A stretch of DNA of 33,193 nt from Gimesia maris (GCA_048497675.1 JBHJNC010000039.1:1-33193); one strand, 5' to 3'; positions 9,135 to 18,733 are shown, numbered from the stretch's first letter. The notes: generated by a model not told the origin, from the letters alone. A program made the numbers and translations.

Positions 9135-9989
9135 ATGGCAATTAAATACTACAAACCAACCAGCAACGGCAGACGCAACGCCTCGGTTATTGATTACAAT
9201 GCTGTTCTGACGACAGATACGCCGCAAAAGGCACTGTGTGTACGTCTGAAAAAGACAGGCGGCCGCAATCACCATGGCAAAACCACGGTTCGTTTTCGCG
9301 GCGGCGGGGCCCGCAAAATTTATCGCGTAATCGATTTCCGCCGGAATAAAGATAACGTGCCTGCTAAAGTAATGAGCGTGGAGTATGATCCGAACCGCAA
9401 TTGCTTTATCAGCCTGGTTGAGTACAATGACGGTGAAAAACGCTACATTCTGTCTCCCGATGGTCTGAAGGTCGGAATGGTCATTGAAAGCGGAGTTTCA
9501 GTTGAACCTAAGGTTGGCAATGCGATGCCCTTGTCGGCGATTCCGGTCAACGTCGAGATTCACAATATCGAAATGAACCCCGGACAGGGCGGCAAAATGG
9601 TTCGTACCGCCGGCGGCGTAGCCCGGCTGATGGCCAAAGAAGGCGATTATGTTACGATCATTCTGCCCAGCGGAGAAATGCGTTATATCCGCAAAGAATG
9701 CCGTGCAACCGTAGGTCAGCTCGGCAATTCCGATTATCAGAATGTTCATCTGGGCAAAGCCGGACGCAAGCGTTATCTGGGTAAACGCCCCCACGTTCGC
9801 GGCAAGGCACAAAACCCGGTGGCCCACCCGATGGGCGGTGGTGAAGGTCGTGCCAACGGCGGTCGTCATCCATGTTCTCCGACCGGTGTACCGGCTAAAG
9901 GCGGCAAGACGCGTAATCCGCGTAAAGTTACCAACAGTAAGATTATTCGCCGCAGAAAGAATGGTCGCGGCATTCAGTTGGTATTGTAA
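9135..9989 (+). CDS. rplB: 50S ribosomal protein L2
   Basis: EYDPNR, LGKAGR and NPVAHPMGGGEG motifs. Confidence 0.99.
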   Translation: MAIKYYKPTSNGRRNASVIDYNAVLTTDTPQKALCVRLKKTGGRNHHGKTTVRFRGGGARKIYRVIDFRRNKDNVPAKVMSVEYDPNRNCFISLVEYNDGEKRYILSPDGLKVGMVIESGVSVEPKVGNAMPLSAIPVNVEIHNIEMNPGQGGKMVRTAGGVARLMAKEGDYVTIILPSGEMRYIRKECRATVGQLGNSDYQNVHLGKAGRKRYLGKRPHVRGKAQNPVAHPMGGGEGRANGGRHPCSPTGVPAKGGKTRNPRKVTNSKIIRRRKNGRGIQLVL

Positions 9990-10036
9990 TTAAAACGAAA
10001 CGATAGGAATTTACTTAATATAATTGAGGATAGTCA

Positions 10037-10315
10037 ATGGGACGTTCGCAGAAAAAAGGGCCTTTTGTTGATGAAAAGCTGTATCTGAAAGTGCAAAAGC
10101 AGATTCAGAGCGGCCGGAAAGAACCAATCAAGACCTGGGCCCGTGCCTGCACGATTATACCGGAATTCGTCGGTTATACGTTTATGGTTCATAACGGTAA
10201 AATGTTCCATAAGGTGTTTGTGACGGAAGATATGGTTGGTCACAAGATGGGCGAGTTTTCGCTGACCCGTACGTTTAGAGGTCATTCAGGCAGCAAAGCT
10301 GAAGCTAAAGCATAA
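10037..10315 (+). CDS. rpsS: 30S ribosomal protein S19
   Basis: [15 protein letters not shown] and [13 protein letters not shown] motifs. Confidence 0.99.
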   Translation: MGRSQKKGPFVDEKLYLKVQKQIQSGRKEPIKTWARACTIIPEFVGYTFMVHNGKMFHKVFVTEDMVGHKMGEFSLTRTFRGHSGSKAEAKA

Positions 10316-10372
10316 AACGGATAAATAGAGATAACGGCGATAGAACGCCGGATGTTTCAAAAGGTTAAAACA

Positions 10373-10921
10373 ATGTTGAGCGCTAAGAAATTTTTAAAAC
10401 AATCGCAGAAAAAAGGCGTGAGTGTCCAGACGCTTGCAGATCATCTGACTCGTGGCGGTATGGATAAAGAAGCTGCCTTAACCGCGGTGAAGAATTGGAT
10501 GAAGGGTTTATTTGCAGTGAAACCCGCCAAACAGGATGTTCAGCGGCTCGCCGATGCCTTGGGTGTTAGCGTCAGTGATATTTCTGAATGGAAGTCATCC
10601 TATCGATATGCTCCGATGTCACCGAGCAAAGTTCGTCTGGTAACCTCATTGATTCGCGGCCGTGATGTTCAGGACGCGTTGGATATCCTGACATTCACAC
10701 GCAAACGAGCCGCCGAAGCCGTTCGCAAAACCCTGCAGGCTGCGATTGCGGATGCCGACGAGAATGAAGCCGATGTCGATAATTTGGTTGTTTCCGAAGT
10801 CCGGGTTGATGGCGCTGGTCGTCGGATAGGCACCAAAGGGTTCAGAGCGAAAGATCGCGGACGCGCTCATGCGATTCGTAAACAAGCCAGTCATATTCAC
10901 ATAGCAGTGGCGGAATTTTAA
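10373..10921 (+). CDS. rplV: 50S ribosomal protein L22 with N-terminal XRE/Cro-like HTH extension
   Basis: L22 core runs from W at 10589 (YRYAPMSPSKVRLV ... GRAHAIRKQASHI), after 72 in-frame extra residues. Start placed at ATG 10373 because of the AAGGT SD at 10361-10365; ATG 10352 is the alternative. Confidence 0.95.
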   Translation: MLSAKKFLKQSQKKGVSVQTLADHLTRGGMDKEAALTAVKNWMKGLFAVKPAKQDVQRLADALGVSVSDISEWKSSYRYAPMSPSKVRLVTSLIRGRDVQDALDILTFTRKRAAEAVRKTLQAAIADADENEADVDNLVVSEVRVDGAGRRIGTKGFRAKDRGRAHAIRKQASHIHIAVAEF

Positions 10922-10938
10922 TTCACGGATACAGATAT

Positions 10939-11754
10939 ATGGGTCAGAAGACATCTCCAATCGGTTTTAGAACAGGTATCACTCGTGGCTGGGACAGCAT
11001 TTGGTTTGCTCCCAAGGCCAATTACGGTGAGTTTCTTGTCGAGGACTTCAAGATTCGCGAGTTCATCGACAATAAGTTCAACCGCCGTGCTCCTTATGCT
11101 GCAGTTGCCAAGACGGAAATCGCCCGTACTCGCAATGAAGTGAAGGTTACCCTGCACACCGCACGGCCCGGTATGGTCATCGGTCCCCGCGGAGCGGAAG
11201 TTGATAAACTCCGTGAAGAACTTGAAAATCTCATTGATCGCAAGGTCAATGTCAATGTGATTGAAATCAAGGAAGCTGCTCTTGATTCGAAGCTGGTTGC
11301 CGAAGGCATTTCCGAACAGCTTAAGAAACGTGCCGCGTTCCGCCGTGTGATGAAAATGGCATGCGAAAACGCGATGAATGCAGGCGCCAAGGGGGTCAAG
11401 ATTCTGATCAGCGGCCGTTTGGGCGGTGCTGAAATCGCACGCAGCGAAGCGCAGAAGCTGGGTTCGATTCCGCTGCAGACTCTGGATGCCAACGTGGATT
11501 ACGGCGTTGCAACAGCTGTGACCACTTATGGCTGCATTGGCATTAAAGTATGGATTTACAAGGGTAAATTCGGCGAAGAAATTACCCCGGTACAGCGTTC
11601 AGCCGGCGGCGAACGCCGTCGTCCTCAGCGCGGCGGAGAACGAGGCGGTAAAGGGCCTCGACGCAGCCGTCAGGATGCCAGTCAGAGCCGTGTTGCTCCT
11701 CAGGCAGACGAATCGGCCGAACCAATGGATAACAATACTGTTGAAAACAGCTAA
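10939..11754 (+). CDS. rpsC: 30S ribosomal protein S3 (long low-complexity C-terminal tail)
   Basis: MGQKTSPIGFR, ARPGMVIG, SGRLGGAEIARSE and IGIKVWIYKG motifs. Confidence 0.99.
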   Translation: MGQKTSPIGFRTGITRGWDSIWFAPKANYGEFLVEDFKIREFIDNKFNRRAPYAAVAKTEIARTRNEVKVTLHTARPGMVIGPRGAEVDKLREELENLIDRKVNVNVIEIKEAALDSKLVAEGISEQLKKRAAFRRVMKMACENAMNAGAKGVKILISGRLGGAEIARSEAQKLGSIPLQTLDANVDYGVATAVTTYGCIGIKVWIYKGKFGEEITPVQRSAGGERRRPQRGGERGGKGPRRSRQDASQSRVAPQADESAEPMDNNTVENS

Positions 11755-11785
11755 TTAATAAGCGGTTTAATAAGGGAATAGAATT

Positions 11786-12208
11786 ATGGCGTTGATGCCT
11801 AAAAGAGTAAAATATCGCAAGCAGATGCGCGGCAAGATGCGCGGTAATGCTTGTCGGTGTAATTATGTCGCTTTCGGCGAGTGGGGTCTTCAGGCCGTCG
11901 AAGGCAGCTGGATTACCGGTCGTCAGATTGAAGCCGGGCGTGTTGCGGCAACTCATTTTCTGCACCGCGAAGGCAAAGTGCATATCCGCATTTTCCCCAA
12001 CCATTCGTATTCGGCAAAACCGCTGGAAACTCGTATGGGTAAAGGTAAAGCCGAAGTCGAGGGCTGGGTTGCTCGCGTTAAGCCCGGAACCGTAATGTTT
12101 GAAATCGGCGGCGTCGATGAACAGGTTGCGAAAACCGCGCTGCTGCGTGTAGCTCACAAAATGCCCATTCGATGCCGTCTGGTAACGCGTCGGCATAGTC
12201 TCGGATAG
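11786..12208 (+). CDS. rplP: 50S ribosomal protein L16
   Basis: [12 protein letters not shown] and [11 protein letters not shown] motifs. Confidence 0.99.
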   Translation: MALMPKRVKYRKQMRGKMRGNACRCNYVAFGEWGLQAVEGSWITGRQIEAGRVAATHFLHREGKVHIRIFPNHSYSAKPLETRMGKGKAEVEGWVARVKPGTVMFEIGGVDEQVAKTALLRVAHKMPIRCRLVTRRHSLG

Positions 12209-12219
12209 AAAGGAATATC

Positions 12220-12417
12220 ATGAAATCTTCTGAAATTCGAGATCTAAGAAATGATGAACGTCAGGAAAAGCTTGGCGAACTGAATAAGAAGCTTTATGAG
12301 CTTCGTTGTCAGTCGGTGACCGAAAATCTTCCCAACCGACATGCGATTCGTAACATTCGCAAGGATATCGCCCGGATTAAGACCATTATGCGTCAGGATC
12401 AGTTAAAGGTTCAGTAA
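12220..12417 (+). CDS. rpmC: 50S ribosomal protein L29
   Basis: IRNIRKDIARIKT motif; expected operon position. Confidence 0.97.
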   Translation: MKSSEIRDLRNDERQEKLGELNKKLYELRCQSVTENLPNRHAIRNIRKDIARIKTIMRQDQLKVQ

Positions 12418-12684
12418 GTGACTATGGAAAAAGAAATCAATAAAACTCAGCGTGCCGTGGTCATCGGCAAAAGCGGCGATAAGACGATCAAGGTTCAGAT
12501 CGACTTTTTGGCCCGCCATCCGAAATATGGCAAGTTTATGCGTCGCAGAACCCGTCTTGCCGTGCATGATCCGGGTAACATTGCCGGCGTAGGCGATGTG
12601 GTTGAAATTACCGAGTGCAGACCGATCAGCAAGAATAAAAGCTGGCGTCTGATGAATGTCGTACAAAAGGCAGTTGTAGAGTAA
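12418..12684 (+). CDS. rpsQ: 30S ribosomal protein S17
   Basis: HPKYGK and [18 protein letters not shown] motifs; GTG start (alternative ATG 12424). Confidence 0.98.
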   Translation: MTMEKEINKTQRAVVIGKSGDKTIKVQIDFLARHPKYGKFMRRRTRLAVHDPGNIAGVGDVVEITECRPISKNKSWRLMNVVQKAVVE

Positions 12685-12694
12685 AGGGGCCGCC

Positions 12695-13084
12695 GTGATA
12701 CAGCAGGAAACAATGTTGGAAATCGCCGACAACAGCGGCGTCAAAGAAGCGCAATGTATTCGCGTTCTTGGAAAAAGCAGTGCACGTAAAGGCAAGTATA
12801 CGCGGGTAACCGCACAGGTCGGCGACATCATCTGCGTCGCGCTGAAAAAGTATCTGCCGAGCTGCCAGCTGGACCGTAAAAAGGTTTATAAATGCGTCGT
12901 GGTGCGAACCAAGCACCCGATTCGCCGGCCGGACGGAAGCTATGTCCGTTTTGACGGCAATGCCGCAGTCATCATTGATGCGGAAAATAACCCGATCGGC
13001 ACCCGTATTTTTGGTGCGGTTCCGAGAGAATTGCGTGAAAAGAACTTTATGAAAATTATTTCGCTGGCCAGTGAAGTAGTCTAA
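12695..13084 (+). CDS. rplN: 50S ribosomal protein L14
   Basis: GTG start; ADNSG, FDGNAAV and [13 protein letters not shown] motifs. Confidence 0.99.
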   Translation: MIQQETMLEIADNSGVKEAQCIRVLGKSSARKGKYTRVTAQVGDIICVALKKYLPSCQLDRKKVYKCVVVRTKHPIRRPDGSYVRFDGNAAVIIDAENNPIGTRIFGAVPRELREKNFMKIISLASEVV

Positions 13085-13106
13085 GGCCTGCATCAGGATA
13101 ACAGAT

Positions 13107-13442
13107 ATGGCAAAACATATTAAATCAGGCGATACGGTACAGGTAATAGCCGGTGACAGCAAAGGGGTAACAGGACGCGTATTGCGGGTTATACCCGATA
13201 AAGACCGCGTAGTGGTCGAGGGCGTCAACTTGGCGCAAAAGCACGTTCGTCCGTCTCAGAAGAATCCTCAGGGCGGCCGAGTTCGTGTGGAAAAGCCCAT
13301 TCATATCAGCAATGTGCTTCCTGTGGATCCCAAGACAGGCAAAGGAACTCGTGTGAAATTTGTCACTGATTCCAAAGGCGCCAAAAAGCGGGTCAGCAAA
13401 AGCGGTAATGAAATCAGTGTTGTGACCAGAGCGACCAAATAG
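13107..13442 (+). CDS. rplX: 50S ribosomal protein L24
   Basis: KOW motif GDTVQVIAGDSKG; EKPIHISNV. Confidence 0.99.
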   Translation: MAKHIKSGDTVQVIAGDSKGVTGRVLRVIPDKDRVVVEGVNLAQKHVRPSQKNPQGGRVRVEKPIHISNVLPVDPKTGKGTRVKFVTDSKGAKKRVSKSGNEISVVTRATK

Positions 13443-13465
13443 TCGTCAGAACAAAAGGGTAAACT

Positions 13466-14005
13466 ATGGCTCGTTTAAAAGATTTATACAAAAGCAAAAT
13501 TGCCGCAGCATTGAAAGAAAAGTACGGCTATTCCAGCGCGATGGCAATACCCCGCCTGCAGAAGATCGTCGTATCGATGGGGCTTGGCAAGGCGATTCAA
13601 GATAAGAAGTTTATGGATTTGGCTGTTAAGGATATGACCACCATCAGCGGCCAGAAGCCGTTGGTCTGCAAAGCCAAGAAAAGCGTGTCGAACTTTAAGG
13701 TTCGTGAAGGCGATAAGACCGGTCTTAAGGTGACGCTTCGCAAGGAACGGATGTACGAGTTCCTGGATCGTCTGATTAACCTTGCGATTCCCCGCGTTAA
13801 GGACTTCCGCGGTCTGAACCCCAACGGGTTTGACGGGATGGGTAACTATTCGATGGGATTGGATGAACAGAGCGTATTCCCCGAAATCGATCCGGCCAAG
13901 ATCGAGCATCAGCAGGGGATGAATATAACATTTGTAACGACAGCCAAAACCAACAACGAAGGACGTGAGTTGCTGCGGTTGTTCGGAATGCCCTTTAAAT
14001 CATAA
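13466..14005 (+). CDS. rplE: 50S ribosomal protein L5
   Basis: SGQKP, PRVKDFRG and FDGMGNYSMG motifs. Confidence 0.99.
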   Translation: MARLKDLYKSKIAAALKEKYGYSSAMAIPRLQKIVVSMGLGKAIQDKKFMDLAVKDMTTISGQKPLVCKAKKSVSNFKVREGDKTGLKVTLRKERMYEFLDRLINLAIPRVKDFRGLNPNGFDGMGNYSMGLDEQSVFPEIDPAKIEHQQGMNITFVTTAKTNNEGRELLRLFGMPFKS

Positions 14006-14037
14006 GCCAACCCGAAATCGGGTCTATGGAGTAAACT

Positions 14038-14223
14038 ATGTCAACAAAGGCAATGGAAAATAAGTGTGCGAAAAAACCCAAGTATCCCAGCCGCGGATAT
14101 ACGCGGTGTCAGATATGCGGGCGTGCCAGAGCGGTTTATCGGAAGTTTAAGATTTGTCGTATCTGCTTCCGCAAGATGGCCAATGAGGGTAAGATACCCG
14201 GCGTCAAGAAGTCAAGTTGGTAA
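14038..14223 (+). CDS. rpsN: 30S ribosomal protein S14, Zn-binding type Z
   Basis: RCQICGR...ICRICFR zinc ribbon; 61 aa. Confidence 0.98.
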   Translation: MSTKAMENKCAKKPKYPSRGYTRCQICGRARAVYRKFKICRICFRKMANEGKIPGVKKSSW

Positions 14224-14261
14224 TGAATGAATCTTAATTGCAATACGTTTGGAGTAAATAA

Positions 14262-14660
14262 ATGAGTCTGAGTGATCCGATTGCGGATATGCTAACGCGA
14301 GTGCGGAATGCCGGCAGAGTCGGCAGACGGGAAGTCAAGATTCCCAACTCGAAGGTCTGTCAGGGCGTTGCTTCTGTTCTAAAGACGGAAGGCTTCATCG
14401 AAGACTACGATTGTATCGACGATGGCAAGCAGGGTCTGTTGCGGATCAAGTTGAAGTACTCCGCAACCGGCGAGCACCTGATTAATGATATTAAACGGAT
14501 GAGCAAGCCCGGCTGCCGTGTATACTGCCCGGTCGCGGATTTGCCCAAAGTGCTTGGCGGGTTGGGGATTTCAATCGTCTCGACCAGCAAAGGAATCGTA
14601 AGCGATAGAGTATGCCGCAAGGAAAACATCGGCGGCGAATTAATTTGTACGGTGAGCTAA
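14262..14660 (+). CDS. rpsH: 30S ribosomal protein S8
   Basis: DPIADMLTRVRNA, SKPGCRVY and STSKG motifs. Confidence 0.99.
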   Translation: MSLSDPIADMLTRVRNAGRVGRREVKIPNSKVCQGVASVLKTEGFIEDYDCIDDGKQGLLRIKLKYSATGEHLINDIKRMSKPGCRVYCPVADLPKVLGGLGISIVSTSKGIVSDRVCRKENIGGELICTVS

Positions 14661-15233
14661 ATGAGTCGTATAGGAAAAAAACCAATTGAGATCCCCGGCG
14701 GCGTCAAGGTTGAATTAAGCGGCAAGACCCTTAAAATCACCGGCCCCAAGGGCACTCTCCAGATGAACGTCAGTCCTGAAGTGAGTGTCAAGGTTGAGAA
14801 TAATCAGGTTTCCGTTGTCAATGACGACGAAAATGTGAGATTCAAGAAAGCGATGCATGGGACAACCCGGGCTTTGATTTTTAACATGGTTGAAGGCGTG
14901 ACCAAGGGATATCAAAAAGATATTCAGATTTTCGGCACCGGCTACAACGTTAAAGAACAGGGCGGTAAACTGCTGCTCAATGTCGGCTACTGCAATACGG
15001 TTTCGTTGCCGATTCCCAAGAATGTCAAGGTGGAAATCAAAACCGCGGCAACCAAGGGTAATGACACGCCAGCCTTGTTCACCCTGACCAGTGCAGACAA
15101 GCACGCTATCGGTCAGTTTGCAACAAACGTCCGCCGTGTTCGTCCCCCGGAACCGTATCAGGGTAAAGGGATTCGCTTTGCTGATGAGCATGTGGTACGT
15201 AAAGAAGGTAAAGCACTGGCCTCCGGTGGATAA
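14661..15233 (+). CDS. rplF: 50S ribosomal protein L6
   Basis: MSRIGKKPI, GPKGTL and RPPEPYQGKGI motifs. Confidence 0.99.
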   Translation: MSRIGKKPIEIPGGVKVELSGKTLKITGPKGTLQMNVSPEVSVKVENNQVSVVNDDENVRFKKAMHGTTRALIFNMVEGVTKGYQKDIQIFGTGYNVKEQGGKLLLNVGYCNTVSLPIPKNVKVEIKTAATKGNDTPALFTLTSADKHAIGQFATNVRRVRPPEPYQGKGIRFADEHVVRKEGKALASGG

Positions 15234-15296
15234 TAAACAATACTTGATTTTACAGGCGGCATAGGCCTCCTTTGAAAATCGCAGGATGACAAAGCT

Positions 15297-15662
15297 ATGT
15301 TGAAAGACAGAATAGAAAAATGCAGAGAACGCCGGAATTGGCGGTCGCGTAAAAAGGTTTTCGGTATGCCCGAACGTCCCCGCCTGGTGGTATTCCGCTC
15401 GGCCCGGCATATCTATGCTCAGATTATCGATGATGTCGCCGGATTGACCCTGGCTTCCGCCAGTACGGTGGCCAAAGGCGTCAAAGAAGGCGTCAAGAAA
15501 ACCGGCAACAGGGATGCTGCCGCAGTTGTGGGAACCGCCTTGGCAAAACGTGCCATGGAAGTCGGCATCAAGGCCGTTTGTTTCGATCGTAATGGCTATA
15601 AGTATCATGGCCGAGTCAAGTCGCTGGCTGATGCAGCACGCAAGGCCGGATTGGCATTTTAA
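15297..15662 (+). CDS. rplR: 50S ribosomal protein L18
   Basis: RPRLVVFRS and [13 protein letters not shown] motifs. Confidence 0.99.
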   Translation: MLKDRIEKCRERRNWRSRKKVFGMPERPRLVVFRSARHIYAQIIDDVAGLTLASASTVAKGVKEGVKKTGNRDAAAVVGTALAKRAMEVGIKAVCFDRNGYKYHGRVKSLADAARKAGLAF

Positions 15663-15719
15663 TCGTCAGGAAAAAGGTACAATAACCCAGTTACAGGTTT
15701 TTGATAACGGAGAGTTAAG

Positions 15720-16226
15720 TTGGCTGAGGAAGCAATCAGAACAGAAATGTACGGCGAACAGCCGCTGGAAGAGACCGTTGTGAAGGTTTATCGCAACGCC
15801 AAAGTCGTTAAGGGCGGCAGACGTTTCAGCTTTGCTGCACTGGTCGTAGTTGGTGATCGCAATGGTACAGTAGGGTACGGGTACGGCAAGGCCAATGAAG
15901 TTCCTCCGGCCGTCGAAAAGGCAATCAAAGACGCCAAGAAGAATCTTAAAAAGATTGTTGTCGTCAATGATACACTGCCGCATCAAATTCACGGCAAATG
16001 CCGTGCAACGGATGTGCTCATGATGCCGGCCAGCCCTGGTACGGGTGTTATTGCCGGTTCATCGGCTCGTGCGATGCTTGAGCTGGCGGGAGTACGCAAT
16101 GTGCTGACCAAAATTTATGGCAGCCGTTCGCCGAAAAATGTGGTCAAAGCCGTGATGGCCGGTCTTGTGAAACTTCAAAATAAAGAGACAATCGAGTCGC
16201 TTCGCGGCGTAAAGATTGAAGCTTAA
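15720..16226 (+). CDS. rpsE: 30S ribosomal protein S5
   Basis: TTG start after GGAG; KVVKGGRRFSF, GKANEVP and PGTGVIAG motifs. Confidence 0.98.
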   Translation: MAEEAIRTEMYGEQPLEETVVKVYRNAKVVKGGRRFSFAALVVVGDRNGTVGYGYGKANEVPPAVEKAIKDAKKNLKKIVVVNDTLPHQIHGKCRATDVLMMPASPGTGVIAGSSARAMLELAGVRNVLTKIYGSRSPKNVVKAVMAGLVKLQNKETIESLRGVKIEA

Positions 16227-16244
16227 ACTAAGGACGTAAGTAAG

Positions 16245-16694
16245 ATGTATATACATGAAATTACAGCAATTGCCGGAGCGCATAAAAAACGCAAGCGAGT
16301 TGGACGCGGTACTGCCAGCGGCCACGGCAAAACCTGCGGACGCGGACAGAAGGGTGATGGATCCCGTTCAGGATTTTCAATCCCCTTGACCTATGAAGGC
16401 GGACAGATGCCTCTGTTTCGCCGCATACCCAAACGCGGGTTTAACAATGCCAATTTCACCACTCGTTATGAAGTTGTGAATGTATCGCAGTTGGACCGCG
16501 TTTTTGATGATGGTGCTGCTGTGGGCGCCAAAGAAATGTATGTTGCCGGTTTAATCGACAGCACCGACAGCCGCATCAAAATCCTTGGTGATGGCGAGTT
16601 GTCGAAAAAGCTGACCGTGACTGCCCATAAGTTCAGCAAGAGTGCCGAACAGAAAATTTCCGGCTGCGGCGGAACCGTGAAAGTCGTAGCTTAG
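16245..16694 (+). CDS. rplO: 50S ribosomal protein L15
   Basis: RVGRGTASGHGKT and EGGQMPLFRRIPKRGF motifs. Confidence 0.99.
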   Translation: MYIHEITAIAGAHKKRKRVGRGTASGHGKTCGRGQKGDGSRSGFSIPLTYEGGQMPLFRRIPKRGFNNANFTTRYEVVNVSQLDRVFDDGAAVGAKEMYVAGLIDSTDSRIKILGDGELSKKLTVTAHKFSKSAEQKISGCGGTVKVVA

Positions 16695-16718
16695 GATTCT
16701 AACCAAAGGATTTGTCTG

Positions 16719-18077
16719 ATGCTGGGTACATTTGTAAATATCTTCAAGATTCCGGATCTTAGAACCAAGATTCTGTTTACTGCGGCTCTGCTTTGCATTT
16801 ACCGAATCGGTTTTTATATTCCGGTACCGGGTTTCAATCAGGAAGTAATTGCAGCCCAATCAAGCCAGAAAGATTCGAGCAGCCCCATGAGCCGTGCGAC
16901 GGATTATCTGGAAATGTTTACCGGCGGTACGCTGAGCCGAAGCAGTTTGTTCGGCTTGGGTATTATGCCTTATATTTCTGCGTCGATTATTCTAATGCTG
17001 TTGGGTGAAGTCTTGCCCTCGCTGCGAAAACTGCGGCAGGAAGGCGCAACCGGGCATAAGAAAATACAGGAATATACCCGTTATCTGACGGTTCCGCTCT
17101 GTATTCTGCAGGCGATGATGTATATGCGGATGTTTATGAGCGGCGAAGGCTATATCTATCCGGGCATGCAGTTCTGGACAATCCTGATGGGGGTTGTCGG
17201 TATGACGGCCGGAACTCTGTTTTTGATGTGGCTGGGTGAGCAAATTGACGAATACGGCATCGGTAACGGCATCAGCCTTTTGATTATGGCTGGTATTTTG
17301 GCCCGTATGCCTAAAGCCTTTCATGATGTGTGGCTCAATACCGAATTTAAAGTCGGCGTTTCCGCGGGTAAGTATGGCCCTGGAACCTTGATTTTCCTGA
17401 TCGCCGCTTTTGTTTTTGTCATTGCGGGTGCTATTCTGATTACACAGGGCCAGCGTCGTATTCCGATTCAGCAGGCCAAACAGATGCGCGGCCATCGGAT
17501 GTATGGCGGTCAGCGTCATTATCTGCCGCTGCGTGTGAATCATGGCGGCGTGATGCCCATCATCTTCGCTTCAAGCTTGATGATTTTCCCGAATATTATT
17601 GCCGGATGGTTTAAGAACCTCTTCCCGGGTTCGGAATTTACCCGGCTCTTCGACGAAGCCTTTCAGCCGACTTCCTATATCTATACCGTAGTGTATGTCG
17701 TGATGATTTTCGTCTTTGCTTTCTTCTGGACAACCGTTCAGTTTCAGCCGAAAGATATGGCCAAAAATCTCCGTGACCGCGGCAGTTTCATTCCCGGTCT
17801 TCGGCCGGGTCAGCGCACCGCTGAATACCTGGAAACGGTTATGATTCGCATTACGTTCTTTGGTGCGGCTTTTCTGGCGATTATCGCGGTTATCCCCAGC
17901 CTGGTCTCGGGTCTGCTTGGTGTAAATTATGTTGTAACGTCCTACCTTGGTGGTACGGGACTTTTGATTGTTGTCAGTGTGTCGCTGGATTTGGTCCAGC
18001 GTATCGAGGCCAACCTGCTGATGCGCAACTACGAAGGTTTTTCAGAAGCCGGCCGGATTAAAGGGGCATATCGATGA
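16719..18077 (+). CDS. secY: Preprotein translocase SecY
   Basis: LGIMPYISASII, GIGNGISLLI, GVMPIIFAS and IPGLRPG motifs. Confidence 0.99.
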   Translation: MLGTFVNIFKIPDLRTKILFTAALLCIYRIGFYIPVPGFNQEVIAAQSSQKDSSSPMSRATDYLEMFTGGTLSRSSLFGLGIMPYISASIILMLLGEVLPSLRKLRQEGATGHKKIQEYTRYLTVPLCILQAMMYMRMFMSGEGYIYPGMQFWTILMGVVGMTAGTLFLMWLGEQIDEYGIGNGISLLIMAGILARMPKAFHDVWLNTEFKVGVSAGKYGPGTLIFLIAAFVFVIAGAILITQGQRRIPIQQAKQMRGHRMYGGQRHYLPLRVNHGGVMPIIFASSLMIFPNIIAGWFKNLFPGSEFTRLFDEAFQPTSYIYTVVYVVMIFVFAFFWTTVQFQPKDMAKNLRDRGSFIPGLRPGQRTAEYLETVMIRITFFGAAFLAIIAVIPSLVSGLLGVNYVVTSYLGGTGLLIVVSVSLDLVQRIEANLLMRNYEGFSEAGRIKGAYR

Positions 18078-18724
18078 GGTTGATTCTGTTGGGACCTCCG
18101 GGGGCCGGTAAAGGCACCCAGTGCAAGAGGATTATTGAAAAGTATAAAATTGTGCATTTGTCCAGCGGCGATATTCTTCGAGCTGAACGTGCTGCAGGAT
18201 CGGATTTAGGTAAAAAAGCCCAAAGTTATATGGATTCCGGGGCGTTGGTTCCCGATGGCCTGATTATCGATATGATGGTTAAAGCCATGACGAATGCACC
18301 CCGCGGATATGTGTTGGATGGTTTTCCTCGGACGACCGTTCAGGGCGAAGGGTTGGATAAAGCCCTTGCGGCCGCCGGCGAGAAGATCAATGCGATTGTC
18401 AATCTGGTTGTTGATGATCAGATGATTCTTCCACGTATGACCGGACGCCGAAGCTGTCCGAAATGCGGTGCGGTATATCATATACAGTCGCTGAAGCCCA
18501 AAGTCGAAGGACAGTGTGATAAAGGATGCGGTCCTTTGGTTCAGCGGGTAGATGATACCCCCGAAGTTGTGGAAAATAGATTAAAAACATATCATCAGCA
18601 GACGGCTGCGGTGGTAGGTTATTATAAATCCAAAGGTGCGATGATTATAGATATCGATGCCGCCCTGGATATAGATCAGGTTACCCAGTTAATCTTCAAG
18701 AAACTGGATACCCTTATAAAATAG
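18074..18724 (+). CDS. adk: Adenylate kinase (Zn-lid type)
   Basis: GPPGAGKGTQ, LDGFPR and CPKC...CDKGC lid; ATGA overlap with secY. Confidence 0.99.
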   Translation: MRLILLGPPGAGKGTQCKRIIEKYKIVHLSSGDILRAERAAGSDLGKKAQSYMDSGALVPDGLIIDMMVKAMTNAPRGYVLDGFPRTTVQGEGLDKALAAAGEKINAIVNLVVDDQMILPRMTGRRSCPKCGAVYHIQSLKPKVEGQCDKGCGPLVQRVDDTPEVVENRLKTYHQQTAAVVGYYKSKGAMIIDIDAALDIDQVTQLIFKKLDTLIK

Positions 18725-18733
18725 GTTGTTGCG

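Noticed and set aside
10352-10372. Upstream ATG for rplV given in the ORF track
   Set aside because: The AAGGT SD lies inside this stretch and points to ATG 10373; the HTH fusion holds with either start.
11580-11754. Arg/Gly-rich then acidic C-terminal tail of S3 as a novel domain
   Set aside because: Disordered S3 tails of this kind are common in bacteria.
11745-11770. Further copies of the 25-bp dyad here and near 15240, 15695 and 25130
   Set aside because: Only one half-site matches or the spacing is off; not separable from AT-rich background by eye.
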